Shown one piece after another: positions 1-9,049 of a DNA stretch of 32,000 nt. Source of the stretch: Ureaplasma parvum serovar 3 str. ATCC 27815 (GTDB lineage Bacteria > Bacillota_I > Bacilli_A > Mycoplasmatales > Mycoplasmoidaceae); NCBI RefSeq assembly GCF_000019345.1, contig NC_010503.1, forward strand, positions 270,001 to 302,000, read 5' to 3'. The position numbers were made by a program, and so were the translations under genes. How positions within the stretch are numbered: position 1 is the first letter of the stretch; each line of letters begins with the position of its first letter. The notes under the pieces were generated by a model. The model worked only from the letters and a program-made list of their open reading frames with translations. It had not been told where the DNA came from and did not search any database.

Positions 1-2
1 CT

Positions 3-365
3 GGACAAGAAGCTTATTATGTATTTATTTCAATTGCATTACCAATGTTTATATGCACATTATTACTTGGATTATTTATTTATCTAATTAATTATGCTTG
101 AAATAAAAAACGAGGTATTAATTTATCAGAACATTCAAACTTAACAAACGTTGATCAAAATGTTTTAGATGTAATTAATAATTGACATTTATACAAAGAT
201 CAAAAAGAATTTGCTAAATTTGAACGTCATGTGCAATTATTACAACAAAAACAAGTAATTGTAAGAACAACAAAAGATAAGGCACAAAGAGAATTAGTTG
301 CGAATGAAATGCAATATTTAGCAGCTGAAATCGCAACAAGATTTGCACCAGAAGAAGAACATTAA
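3..365 (+). CDS. C-terminal part of a membrane protein of unknown function (5' end outside window)
   Basis: Open frame from the window edge with TGA=Trp, GQEAYYVFISIALPMFICTLLLGLFIYLINYAWNKKRG...ATRFAPEEEH*, one clear TM segment; stop TAA 363-365. Confidence 0.7.
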
Positions 366-370
366 AAAAC

Positions 371-419
371 AAAAATGAGTCTTAATACTTTTTTAAAAAG
401 TGTTTTGACTTATTTTTTT
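371..419 (+). terminator. Intrinsic terminator
   Basis: AAAAATGAGTCTTAATACTTTTTT / AAAAAGTGTTTTGACTTATTTTTTT imperfect long stem followed by T-run, directly after the first CDS. Confidence 0.7.
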
Positions 420-428
420 ATTTTACAC

Positions 429-455
429 TTGACATATTATATATATATATATAAT
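429..455 (+). promoter_or_regulatory. Promoter with (TA)n spacer: TTGACA (429-434) - 15 nt - TATAAT (450-455)
   Basis: Perfect -35 and -10 consensus boxes; the spacer plus -10 is made of TAT(TA)8. Upstream of the lipoprotein at 543. Confidence 0.6.
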
Positions 456-542
456 CTAAATGTATACTCTTATATAAAATAAAGATAACAAATCAAATTA
501 TTAAAATTCTTATTTATTAAATGTATAAAAGAAGGTTAAAAT

Positions 543-1691
543 ATGAAGAAGAATCATAAAAAATGATTATTAATGACAACGCCAATTTTATTAATTGGCG
601 GATTATCAACATTGGCATTAACAAGTTGTAAAGACGGAAAAAAATCTAATCCAAAACCAGATAAACCATCAACTATAGAAGAATATAAATTAAGTTTATC
701 AAGTGTTGAAACTGGTTTTAATGAAGCTAAATTAATTTTTGATAATAATGATAGTTTTAAAACATTAGATAATTTTAAAGTTATTTTAAAAAATACTCAA
801 AACACTAATGAAGTTATTGAAGCAAGTAATTTATCTGCAACAATTGAAAATCAAAAATTAGTTTTAAAACTAAATAATTTACAAGACGGTCAAACATATA
901 AAATTAACAAAATTTTATATCAAACAAATAAAGAAGTTATTTTAAGTAATAATCAAGTATTTACTACAAAAACTAAACCTAAAATTGAATATGAAGTACA
1001 AGAAAAAATTTTGAAACTTGATGATAAAACATATTATGTTGTTCTAAAAGTTAAAGACCCTCAAAATTTAAATGAACCAACAAAAGAAATTTTAAAATCT
1101 GTAACTTTTACTTCAAAAATCTCAAATGTTGCAAATCTTAAAAATGCAATATTAGAAAATCAAAGACCTTACGTTAAAGAAGATTATTCAGAAATTCAAA
1201 TTAAATTACCAAGAGTACCTGTAATTAGTGAAAAAATAGAAATCACTGCAAACAATTCCTTATTTAAATCATTCACAATTACTGTTGGTGAAAAACATAT
1301 TAAAAATGTGGAAAAAATCATCGATATCACTAAAAAAGTTTTTGGTAATCAAGAATTAAAATCTATTAGTATTACAAAACAAAATAGTAGCAGTGCCAAT
1401 ATAACATTAAGTTTAAAATTAAATGGTAATTCAATTATTGTTGGTGCTAACAAATTAATTAATAAAAAAGACAAAGCAATAAAATTTAGCTTCTTTGTTA
1501 AAAATAAAGCAACAAATACAGTTAAAGAATTTAATTTCAATGAAAAATCAAAACCTATTGGAAGCTATCAATTCACATTAAATGGATTAGATGCTAATAG
1601 TGATTTTGTAATTGAAGATATTAGATATGATGATAAATCAATCAAAATTACAGAAGAGCTTTTAGCTAGCTTAAGTTTTTCAACAAAATAA
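543..1691 (+). CDS. Surface lipoprotein with DUF1410-like/Ig-like repeats
   Basis: Start ATG 543 (MKKNHKKW then in-frame TGA, joined to track ORF 573..1691). Signal peptide and lipobox LALTSC; repeated beta-rich segments with '...LVLKLNNLQDGQTYKINKI...' similar to Ureaplasma DUF1410 proteins. Confidence 0.75.
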
Positions 1692-1747
1692 ATTAAATAC
1701 ATAATTTATTGTATAAAACACAAAAAATATAGTTTAGGAAATGAAAT

Positions 1748-2065
1748 ATGAAAAAATGACAAAAAATTTTAACAATTGCACTACCAACTAGTTTATTAGT
1801 TGCTATTCCAATTGTTGTTGCTTCATGTTCTACTAAGAGTGAAGCACAAAAAGAATTTGAAAAAACTTATAAAGAATATTTAAGTTGATTAGACAAATTA
1901 GCTTCAAAAATGCCAGCACTTAAAGAAGCTTTTAGTACTTTGAAAGAAGAAATTAATAAACAAATCAATAAGAGTGAAAAATTATCTGATGAAGCGTATA
2001 AAGCATTAACAGCTTCATTAAAAGTTTCAATTGATGGAATGAAAAAAACATTAGGACAAAATTAA
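1748..2065 (+). CDS. Small lipoprotein of unknown function
   Basis: MKKWQKILTIALPTSLLVAIPIVVASCSTKSEAQKEFEKTYKEYLSWLDKLASKMPALKEAF...KKTLGQN*; lipobox VASC; not in the ORF track because of TGA=Trp. Confidence 0.75.
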
Positions 2066-2074
2066 GGATAAATC

Positions 2075-2517
2075 GTGAATCAGAACAAAATTGTTAATAA
2101 AAAAGATTTAGATATTGCATTAGCAAATTTAATTTTAAGTATAGGAGTAGTTGTTTTATAATAATTGGCGCTATTTTAGTGCATCTTGGCATTTATTATA
2201 TGGTTTACTCATATTATGGATCACCATATTTAACGCAAGATATAGCTACAACAAATGTTGTAAATGCTTGAGCTATGTATAATGCTGGAGTGGCTTTTTT
2301 AGTAATTTTTGCTTTAATTGAAATTGCTAGTTTTGCTTTATTTGTAACAACAACAGTCAATGTTGGTTTAAATTTAAAAAGACAAGAAAACTTTGTCTTG
2401 CCATTTGTTTTTGGCATTTTAGGGTGCTTAGGAATAATACCTATAATCGGATCAATTATTATTTATGTACAATTAAATAAATTTTATAAGCAACAAAACG
2501 AATCTAGTTTAATATAA
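2075..2517 (+). pseudogene. Frameshifted multi-TM membrane protein gene
   Basis: Frame A from GTG 2075 (VNQNKIVNKKDLDIALANLILSIGVVVL, stop at 2159-2161) continues naturally in frame B (FIIIGAILVHLGIYYMVYSYYGSPYLTQDIATTNVVNAWAMYNAG...QQNESSLI, stop 2515-2517). One extra T in the GTTTTATAA run near 2153-2160 restores a single ORF. Confidence 0.55.
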
Positions 2518-2521
2518 AAGA

Positions 2522-2553
2522 AAAAAATGACTTTATATTGAAGTCATTTTTTA
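2522..2553 (+). terminator. Intrinsic terminator
   Basis: AAAAAATGACTT (2522-2533) / AAGTCATTTTTT (2541-2552), 12-bp perfect stem with T-run. Confidence 0.85.
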
Positions 2554-2596
2554 TTACCTTTTTAATGTTCCAATTATTATACTAAAAAGGTAATAA
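2551..2596. repeat. 14-bp perfect inverted repeat
   Basis: TTATTACCTTTTTA (2551-2564) and TAAAAAGGTAATAA (2583-2596). Confidence 0.8.
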
Positions 2597-2691
2597 TTAT
2601 TACTTTGTTTCTTTTTTACGTCTTTTTTGTATATATAAATATATAATTAACCTTTTAATTTGTGTAAATGAGAATTTGTTTGGAGAAAATC

Positions 2692-4245
2692 ATGAGAAAA
2701 ATTAAATTAAATAAAAAAATTATTTTAGCATCAGTTATTGGAATAATGGGTGTAGCTTTGGTTCCTATAGCATTGGTTGCATGTAGTCAAAATAAAACAA
2801 AATCTGATTCTAGAAACTTAACTTTAAACAATTTTTATGGTCGCCCATCAAGTGATGGGGATGATGCATATCAAGCAATCTATGCGTCTAAAATTCAAGA
2901 TGGTGCACGTATGTTAGGATTAATTTCATTTAGACATAAAAATCCAATTTCAAAATACTTTAATTCACCAAAAGATAATCAACAAGTTTCAGCAGTATTA
3001 ATTGATGAAATTTATGATTTACAAACAGGTAAAGATCGAATTGCATCAATCACATATCGTGCAGATCAAGCTGCTTTTTTAGCTGGAATTGCTGCAGCTT
3101 ATTATTTAAATAGTAATCAAAATGTTTTTGGTAAAGATAATAAATTAACATGGGGCGGTTTTGTTGGTATTCATTTACCATCAACTACAAGATTTATTCA
3201 AGGTTTTAAATTTGGTATTCAATGAGCAAATGAAAAACTAAAAAACAAAAAAGTTAAACAAACAGAAAATAATGAAGAAAAAGAATGAATTAATGTAGAA
3301 CAAGTCTTTGCTACGAATTATCAATCAGGAGATTTTTCGCCAACATCAGATAAAGCAAAAGCAATTGTTAATCAATTAGTTTCTAATAATGTTGATTTAA
3401 TTTTACCAGTGGCTGGACCTCAAATCGATTATGCAACAACAGCTGCTGCTGAATCAAGTAAACCAATCGTTGTTGTTGGTGTTGATACAGAACAAGAATT
3501 AGATGATAATACAAATAAAGCACGTATTAGTGAAAATAATAAATCATTAGCTAACGGTAAAACAATTATTTTTTCTATTGTTAAACGTTTAGATTTAGCT
3601 TTTAAAGGTGCTTTATTAAAAGCATCAGAAGGGGCACAATTAACTAATGATATTAACAAAGACGCTTATAAATTAGGAACACACACTGAAGCAAGTTTTA
3701 ATAAAAATACTTATGTTGATAATACAGCGTTAGTTGAATTATCAAAAGCTGGACATCAGTATTTAATTGATGCAATTAAATTAAGTGGTTTAAAAGAAGT
3801 AAATGATTATAAAACAATTGTTGAAATAATCCAAGAAGATCCTTTATTTAAACTTTTATCACAAATTGGAACTAAAAAATTAGATGAAGTTGCTACTAAA
3901 TCACAACAAGGTGATTGAGTATTAAAAAGCGAATATCAAGATTTACCATTTATACAATTACAAAAAATGTTAGGTGGATTAGTTTATGTTGATCAAAAAA
4001 ATGAACTATATCCATATGAATTATCTAATTCATTTTATTTAGAAAAAGATCCAAATAAACGTCAAGCTTCAAGAGCTTTTTATAATTATTGAAATGCTAA
4101 AGATGCTAATCAAATAAATTTAGTTAAGATATTTTTAGGACAATCAGTTGATGTACTAAAAGATAAATCATTTTCTGAGTCAATTTATAAGGGATTAGAA
4201 GAATTTTATAAATCTAAAAACATTATTATTCCTAAATTATATTAG
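2692..4245 (+). CDS. BMP-family (basic membrane protein / nucleoside-binding-like) lipoprotein
   Basis: MRKIKLNKKIILASVIGIMGVALVPIALVACSQNK... with lipobox; BMP-like features 'ITYRADQAAFLAGIAAAYYL', 'GGFVGIHLPSTTRFIQGFKFGIQWAN', 'NNVDLILPVAGP', 'VVGVDTEQ'. GGAG RBS upstream. Joined across TGA codons 3226 and 3916. Confidence 0.8.
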
Positions 4246-4258
4246 TTAACTTATTAAG

Positions 4259-4442
4259 TTGCTTTTTACCCATAAATAATATATAATTCTATATTGTATA
4301 AAGAAAGTAGTTTAAAACTCACCTGATTTCTGTTTATTTGGGAATAGGTTAATGCTTAATATTTCGATTATTACATCATTTATTCATGTTATAGATATAA
4401 ATGATTTTCTTTATACATTTAATTTTTAATTAGGAGTGTTTA
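4259..4442 (+). promoter_or_regulatory. Putative promoter and long 5' leader of infC-rpmI-rplT
   Basis: TTGCTT (4259-4264) - 15 nt - TATAAT (4280-4285), then about 150 nt untranslated with potential pairings (ACCT...AGGT; CCCATAAATAA / TTATTTGGG) before RBS AGGAG and ATG 4443. Confidence 0.4.
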
Positions 4443-5006
4443 ATGAATACACCAAACAATCAACGCCATATGTCATCAAATAATGATGCACGTAAAAATC
4501 AACCTTTAATTAATGATCAAATTCGTTTTCGAACAATGGTTGTAATTGATGACCATGGTAATAATTTAGGTGAAATGAATCGTATTGATGCCCTTAATTT
4601 AGCCGCTTCAAAGAATTTAGATTTAGTTGTTATTGCTAAAAAAGGAAATATTCCTGTAACAAAAATTTTAGATTATGGTAAGTACAAATACGAACAAAAA
4701 CGTCGTCAAAAAGAATCAAGAAAAAATCAAACAATTATTAAGGTAAAAGAAATCAAAATTAAACCAATGATTGGTGAACATGATTTAAAAGTAAGAGCAG
4801 AAAATGCTAAACGTTGATTAGAAGATAAAGACAACGTGAAATTTGTGATTGAAGCACGTGGACGTATGTGTACAAAAGATGAATTTATTGTACAAGCTTA
4901 TGAAAAATTCATTGACTTAATTAAAGATTATGGTACAGTTGTTCAAGCTAATAAAAAAGTTAGCAATTATCGATATGAAACAATTATTGAACCAATTAAA
5001 AAATAA
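4443..5006 (+). CDS. infC: Translation initiation factor IF-3
   Basis: LINDQIRFRTMVVIDDHGNNLGEMNRIDALNLAASKNLDLVVIA...PVTKILDYGKYKYEQ; joined through TGA at 4815. Confidence 0.97.
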
Positions 5007-5020
5007 GGAAGGTAACTATA

Positions 5021-5215
5021 ATGGCTAAAATTAGACAAAAAACAAAAAGAGCTGTTGCAAAACGTTTTAGTATTACAAAAAATGGTAAATTAAAACGTAA
5101 ACACGCTTATAGATCACATTTAGCTCTAGGTCGTTCAACAAAAGCTAAACGTCATTTAAGAAAAGACGCAATTATGAGCACATCTGACACAAAAAGATAT
5201 ACTCAATGCTTATAG
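5021..5215 (+). CDS. rpmI: 50S ribosomal protein L35
   Basis: MAKIRQKTKRAVAKRFSITKNGKLKRKHAYRSHLALGRSTKAKRHLRK. Confidence 0.97.
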   Translation: MAKIRQKTKRAVAKRFSITKNGKLKRKHAYRSHLALGRSTKAKRHLRKDAIMSTSDTKRYTQCL

Positions 5216-5269
5216 TTAGAATATAAATAATTTAATAGTTATAAATAGTATTTAAGGAGTAAATTAGCA

Positions 5270-5632
5270 ATGAGAGTAAAAGGTGGAAGTGTTACACGTC
5301 AACGTCGTAAAAGATGATTAGAAAAAGCTGAAGGTTCATGAGGAACACGTAATACCTCATATAGAATTGCTCGTCAAACAGTAATTCGTGCTGCAGAGTA
5401 TGCATATCGTGATCGTCGTAATAAAAAGCGTGATTTTAGAAAATTATGAATTTCAAGAATTAATGCTGCAGTTCGTGAATTAGGATATACATATTCACAA
5501 TTTATGAATGCATTAGTAAAAGCTAATGTTGTTACTAAAGATGGTCAAGGTTTAAATAGAAAAATGCTATCTGAATTAGCAATTAACAACCCTGAAGCAT
5601 TTAATCAATTAGTTGATAAAGTAATGAAATAA
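5270..5632 (+). CDS. rplT: 50S ribosomal protein L20
   Basis: [82 protein letters not shown]...; in-frame TGA codons, absent from track. Confidence 0.97.
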
Positions 5633-5640
5633 TATTAGAT

Positions 5641-5687
5641 AAAAATATACTTGCCAATTGCTGGTTATAGTATATTTTTTATTTTTA
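5641..5687 (+). terminator. Intrinsic terminator after rplT
   Basis: AAAAATATACT-TG-CCA-ATTGC-TGG-TTAT-AGTATATTTTTT stem and T-run. Confidence 0.8.
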
Positions 5688-5689
5688 TC

Positions 5690-5718
5690 TTGTTTTTTAC
5701 TTTTGTTTCGTGTATAAT
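5690..5718 (+). promoter_or_regulatory. Promoter of the S10 operon
   Basis: TTGTTT (5690-5695) - 17 nt - TATAAT (5713-5718) with TG extension (TGTATAAT). Confidence 0.7.
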
Positions 5719-5746
5719 TTTAAAGGTTTTGTTATTGTTGAGATTG

Positions 5747-5784
5747 CTGATACGCCAAGAAACGTTGTCAATAAAACGTATCAG
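5747..5784 (+). promoter_or_regulatory. Hairpin in the S10 operon leader
   Basis: CTGATACG (5747-5754) / CGTATCAG (5777-5784), 8-bp perfect stem in the ~130-nt untranslated leader. Confidence 0.5.
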
Positions 5785-5850
5785 GTAACTCATTAATACA
5801 CAATTCTTATGATTCGCATAATATATCGATGCAAAAGGAGACAACATTTT

Positions 5851-6156
5851 ATGAATCAAGAATTAAGAATTAGATTAGAATCTTATGACCACAGATTATT
5901 AGATGATACAGTAAAAACAATTGTAAACATTTCTAACTCTACAGGTTCTAAATTAAGAGGTCCAATTCCTCTACCAACTAAAAAGGAAATTTTTACAATT
6001 TTAAGATCACCACATGTTAATAAATCAAGTCGTGAACAATTTGAAAGAAGAACACACAAACGTTTAATTATTTTAGAAAATCCACAACCTAAAACAATGG
6101 AAGCTTTAAAACGTTTATCAGTTCCATTTGGTGTTGAAGTTACTTTCAAAATTTAA
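5851..6156 (+). CDS. rpsJ: 30S ribosomal protein S10
   Basis: [73 protein letters not shown]; AAAAGGAG RBS. Confidence 0.97.
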   Translation: MNQELRIRLESYDHRLLDDTVKTIVNISNSTGSKLRGPIPLPTKKEIFTILRSPHVNKSSREQFERRTHKRLIILENPQPKTMEALKRLSVPFGVEVTFKI

Positions 6157-6180
6157 TTCATTAGGAGGCAAGTAAAAAAA

Positions 6181-6882
6181 ATGAAATCATTATTAGGAAC
6201 AAAAGTTGGCATGACTCAAGTTTTTACAGAAACAGGTAAAGCTGTAGCTGCCACAGTTATCTATGTTGAACCAAATAAGGTTTTAGCTGTTAAAACTAAT
6301 GAAAAAGACGGCTACAGTGCAATTCAAATTGGTTATGAAACAGTAAAAGAAAAAGCATTAAACAAACCATTATTAGGTCAATTCAAAAAAGCAAATTCAG
6401 ATCCAAAACGTCACATTAAAGAATTTAGAGATGTTGTTGCTGAAGTTGGTGCTGAATTAACAGTTAGTGAATTTGAACCAGGACAATTAGTTAATGCACA
6501 AGCATATACTAAAGGACACGGATTTACAGGTTCAATTAAACGTCATAATTTTAGTATGGGTCCAATGGGCCATGGTGCTGGTTATCCACATCGTTATGTT
6601 GGTTCTATTGCTAAAGGACGTGGGGGTAGTCAAGCTCAACGTGTTTTCAAAGGAACTAAATTACCTGGTCATTATGGACATGAATTAGTAACAACTAAAA
6701 ACTTACTAGTATTAGATGTTAAAGCAAATGAAAATTTAATCCTAATTAAAGGTGCTATTCCAGGACCAAAAGGTTCAATTGTTTTATTAAAATCAGCTAA
6801 AAAAGTTGGCCATATCGTAAGCGATCCACAAGTTGTTAACTACTTAGCTAATAAAGCATCATCAAGTGAAGCAAACGAATAA
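6181..6882 (+). CDS. rplC: 50S ribosomal protein L3
   Basis: MKSLLGTKVGMTQVF...KGHGFTGSIKRHNFSMGPMGHGAGYPHRYVGSI. Confidence 0.97.
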   Translation: MKSLLGTKVGMTQVFTETGKAVAATVIYVEPNKVLAVKTNEKDGYSAIQIGYETVKEKALNKPLLGQFKKANSDPKRHIKEFRDVVAEVGAELTVSEFEPGQLVNAQAYTKGHGFTGSIKRHNFSMGPMGHGAGYPHRYVGSIAKGRGGSQAQRVFKGTKLPGHYGHELVTTKNLLVLDVKANENLILIKGAIPGPKGSIVLLKSAKKVGHIVSDPQVVNYLANKASSSEANE

Positions 6883-6892
6883 GGAGTTAGTC

Positions 6893-7528
6893 ATGGCAAA
6901 AATTAAATTATTATCTATTGATGGTAACTTCGCAAAAGAACTTGAAGTAACCTCTGATCTTTTTGTTGAAGTACCTCACAAACAAGCAATGTTTGACTCA
7001 GTGCTTGCTGAAAATGCAGCTGAACGTCAAGGTACACATTCAACCCTAACAAAGGGTGAAGTTCGTGGTGGTGGTAAAAAACCATGAAGACAAAAACACA
7101 CAGGTAAAGCACGTACAGGTTCAACACGTAACCCACATTGAACAGGTGGGGGTGTGGTATTTGGTCCAAAACCAAATCGTAACTACAATTTAAAAGTTAA
7201 TGCAAAAGTAAGACTATTAGCTTTCAAATCAGCATTAACTATTAAATTGAATGAAGGAAAAATGCTAGGTTTAGTAGCAAATAGCGATTTAGAAACACCT
7301 TCAACTAAAAAAATGGTAAATTTCATTAATAATGCTAACTTAGAAAATCAAAAAGTTTTATTAGTAATAGTCGACAATTTTAGTAATATTAAAAAATCAA
7401 CAAACAATTTACAAAAAGTTACAACAAAATTATGATACCAAGTTTCAGTTCGTGATTTAATGCATGCAAATGTTGTTGTTGTGGCTGAAGAAGCATTTAC
7501 AAATTACGCAAGAAAGGTAAGTAAATAA
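6893..7528 (+). CDS. rplD: 50S ribosomal protein L4
   Basis: [11 protein letters not shown]...[41 protein letters not shown]; joined across several TGA codons. Confidence 0.97.
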
Positions 7529-7530
7529 TC

Positions 7531-7848
7531 ATGGAATTAACAAGAGTTATTTTACATCCATATACGACAGAAAAAACTTATTCTATTCGTAATAAAAGCG
7601 AGCATGAAACATTAACTTTTATTGTTGATAAAAATGCTAATAAATACCAAATTCGTGAAGCATTTATTGCGATTTTTGGTTTAAAACCACTTAAAATTCG
7701 TACTACAAATCGTCGTCCTGCAAAAATTCGTACTTCAACAGCTAGACCAGGATATACAAAAGCAAAAAAAATTGCTTATGTAGTAATGCCAGTAGGTGTT
7801 AAAGTAGCTGTAAGTAAAGAAGAAGTTGAAGCAGCAAACGCAAAGTAG
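7531..7848 (+). CDS. rplW: 50S ribosomal protein L23
   Basis: [51 protein letters not shown]. Confidence 0.95.
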
Positions 7849-7901
7849 TTTAAAACAAAATTAAAAATAACAGTCGAAAAGCAAATTAGAAAGAGGCAAT
7901 T

Positions 7902-8741
7902 ATGGCAGTTAAACGTATTAAAAACCATAGTAGTGGTAAAAGACAAACTGTTGTTGTTGATTACAAATCGATTTTAACAACAAGTAAACCAGAAAAATCA
8001 TTGCTTGTTACTTTACCTAAAAAAGCAGGTAGAAACAATCAAGGGAAAATTACAATTAGACACCATGGTGGTGGTCATAAACGTAAATATCGTATTATTG
8101 ACTTTAAAAGAAATAAAGATAATATTTATGGAACTATTAAATCAATTGAATACGATCCAAACAGAACATCATTTATTTCATTAGTTGTTTACGCTGATGG
8201 AGAAAAACGTTATATTATTGCTCCTAAAGGAATTAAAGTGGGCGATAAAATTATTTCAGGAAATGAAAACATTGATATTTTATTAGGTAATTCATTACCA
8301 CTTGAATTTATTCCAGAAGGTACATTAGTTCACAATATTGAACTATCACCAAATGCTGGTGGTCAAATTACAAGAAGTGCTGGTGCTAGTGCACAAATTC
8401 TTGGTTTTGATGAAACTAAAAAATATATTTTAGTTAAATTAAACTCAGGCGAAGTTCGTAAATTTAGAAAAGAATGTCGTGCTACAATTGGAACTGTTTC
8501 AAATGATGAACACATTCTTGAAAATTTAGGTAAAGCTGGTAAATCACGTCATTTAGGGGTTCGTCCAACAGTTCGTGGTTCTGCAATGAACCCTAATGAT
8601 CACCCACATGGGGGTGGTGAAGGTCGTTCACCAGTTGGTATGGATGCACCTCGTACACCTTGAGGTAAACGTCACATGGGTGTTAAAACTCGCAACAATA
8701 AGAAATCATCAACGAGCATGATTGTTCGTCGTCGTAAATAA
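7902..8741 (+). CDS. rplB: 50S ribosomal protein L2
   Basis: [28 protein letters not shown]...[55 protein letters not shown]. Confidence 0.98.
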
Positions 8742-8761
8742 TATAGAAAGGATTAATCGCG

Positions 8762-9028
8762 ATGTCTAGAAGTTTAAAAAAAGGTGCTTACGCTGATCCT
8801 AGTTTATTAAAAAAAGTTGAAGCAGCTAATGCATCAGTTTCTAAAAAACCAATCAAAACATGATCTAGAAGAAGTCAAATTTTTCCAAACTTTGTTGGAT
8901 TAACATTTGAAGTTCATAATGGTAAAACTTTCTTAAAAGTTTACGTAACAGAAGATATGATTGGTCACAAATTAGGTGAATTTGCACCAACACGTAATTT
9001 CAAAAACCATACAGAAGCTAAACGTTAG
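8762..9028 (+). CDS. rpsS: 30S ribosomal protein S19
   Basis: [83 protein letters not shown]. Confidence 0.97.
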
Positions 9029-9049
9029 AAAGAAAGGTAATTTATAGAT

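Noticed and set aside
2214-2417. Minus-strand ORF opposite the frameshifted membrane protein
   Set aside because: Antisense to a better supported hydrophobic protein continuing in frame through TGA=Trp.
5665-5859. Minus-strand ORF in the rpsJ leader
   Set aside because: Overlaps the promoter and leader of the S10 operon, no RBS or homology; chance ORF.
5883-6149. Minus-strand ORF antisense to rpsJ
   Set aside because: Fully covered by S10 on the plus strand; no supporting signals.
6494-6688. Forward ORF MHKHILKDTDLQ... inside rplC
   Set aside because: Out-of-frame overlap with strongly supported L3; composition looks like a shadow frame, and it has no independent RBS or family resemblance.
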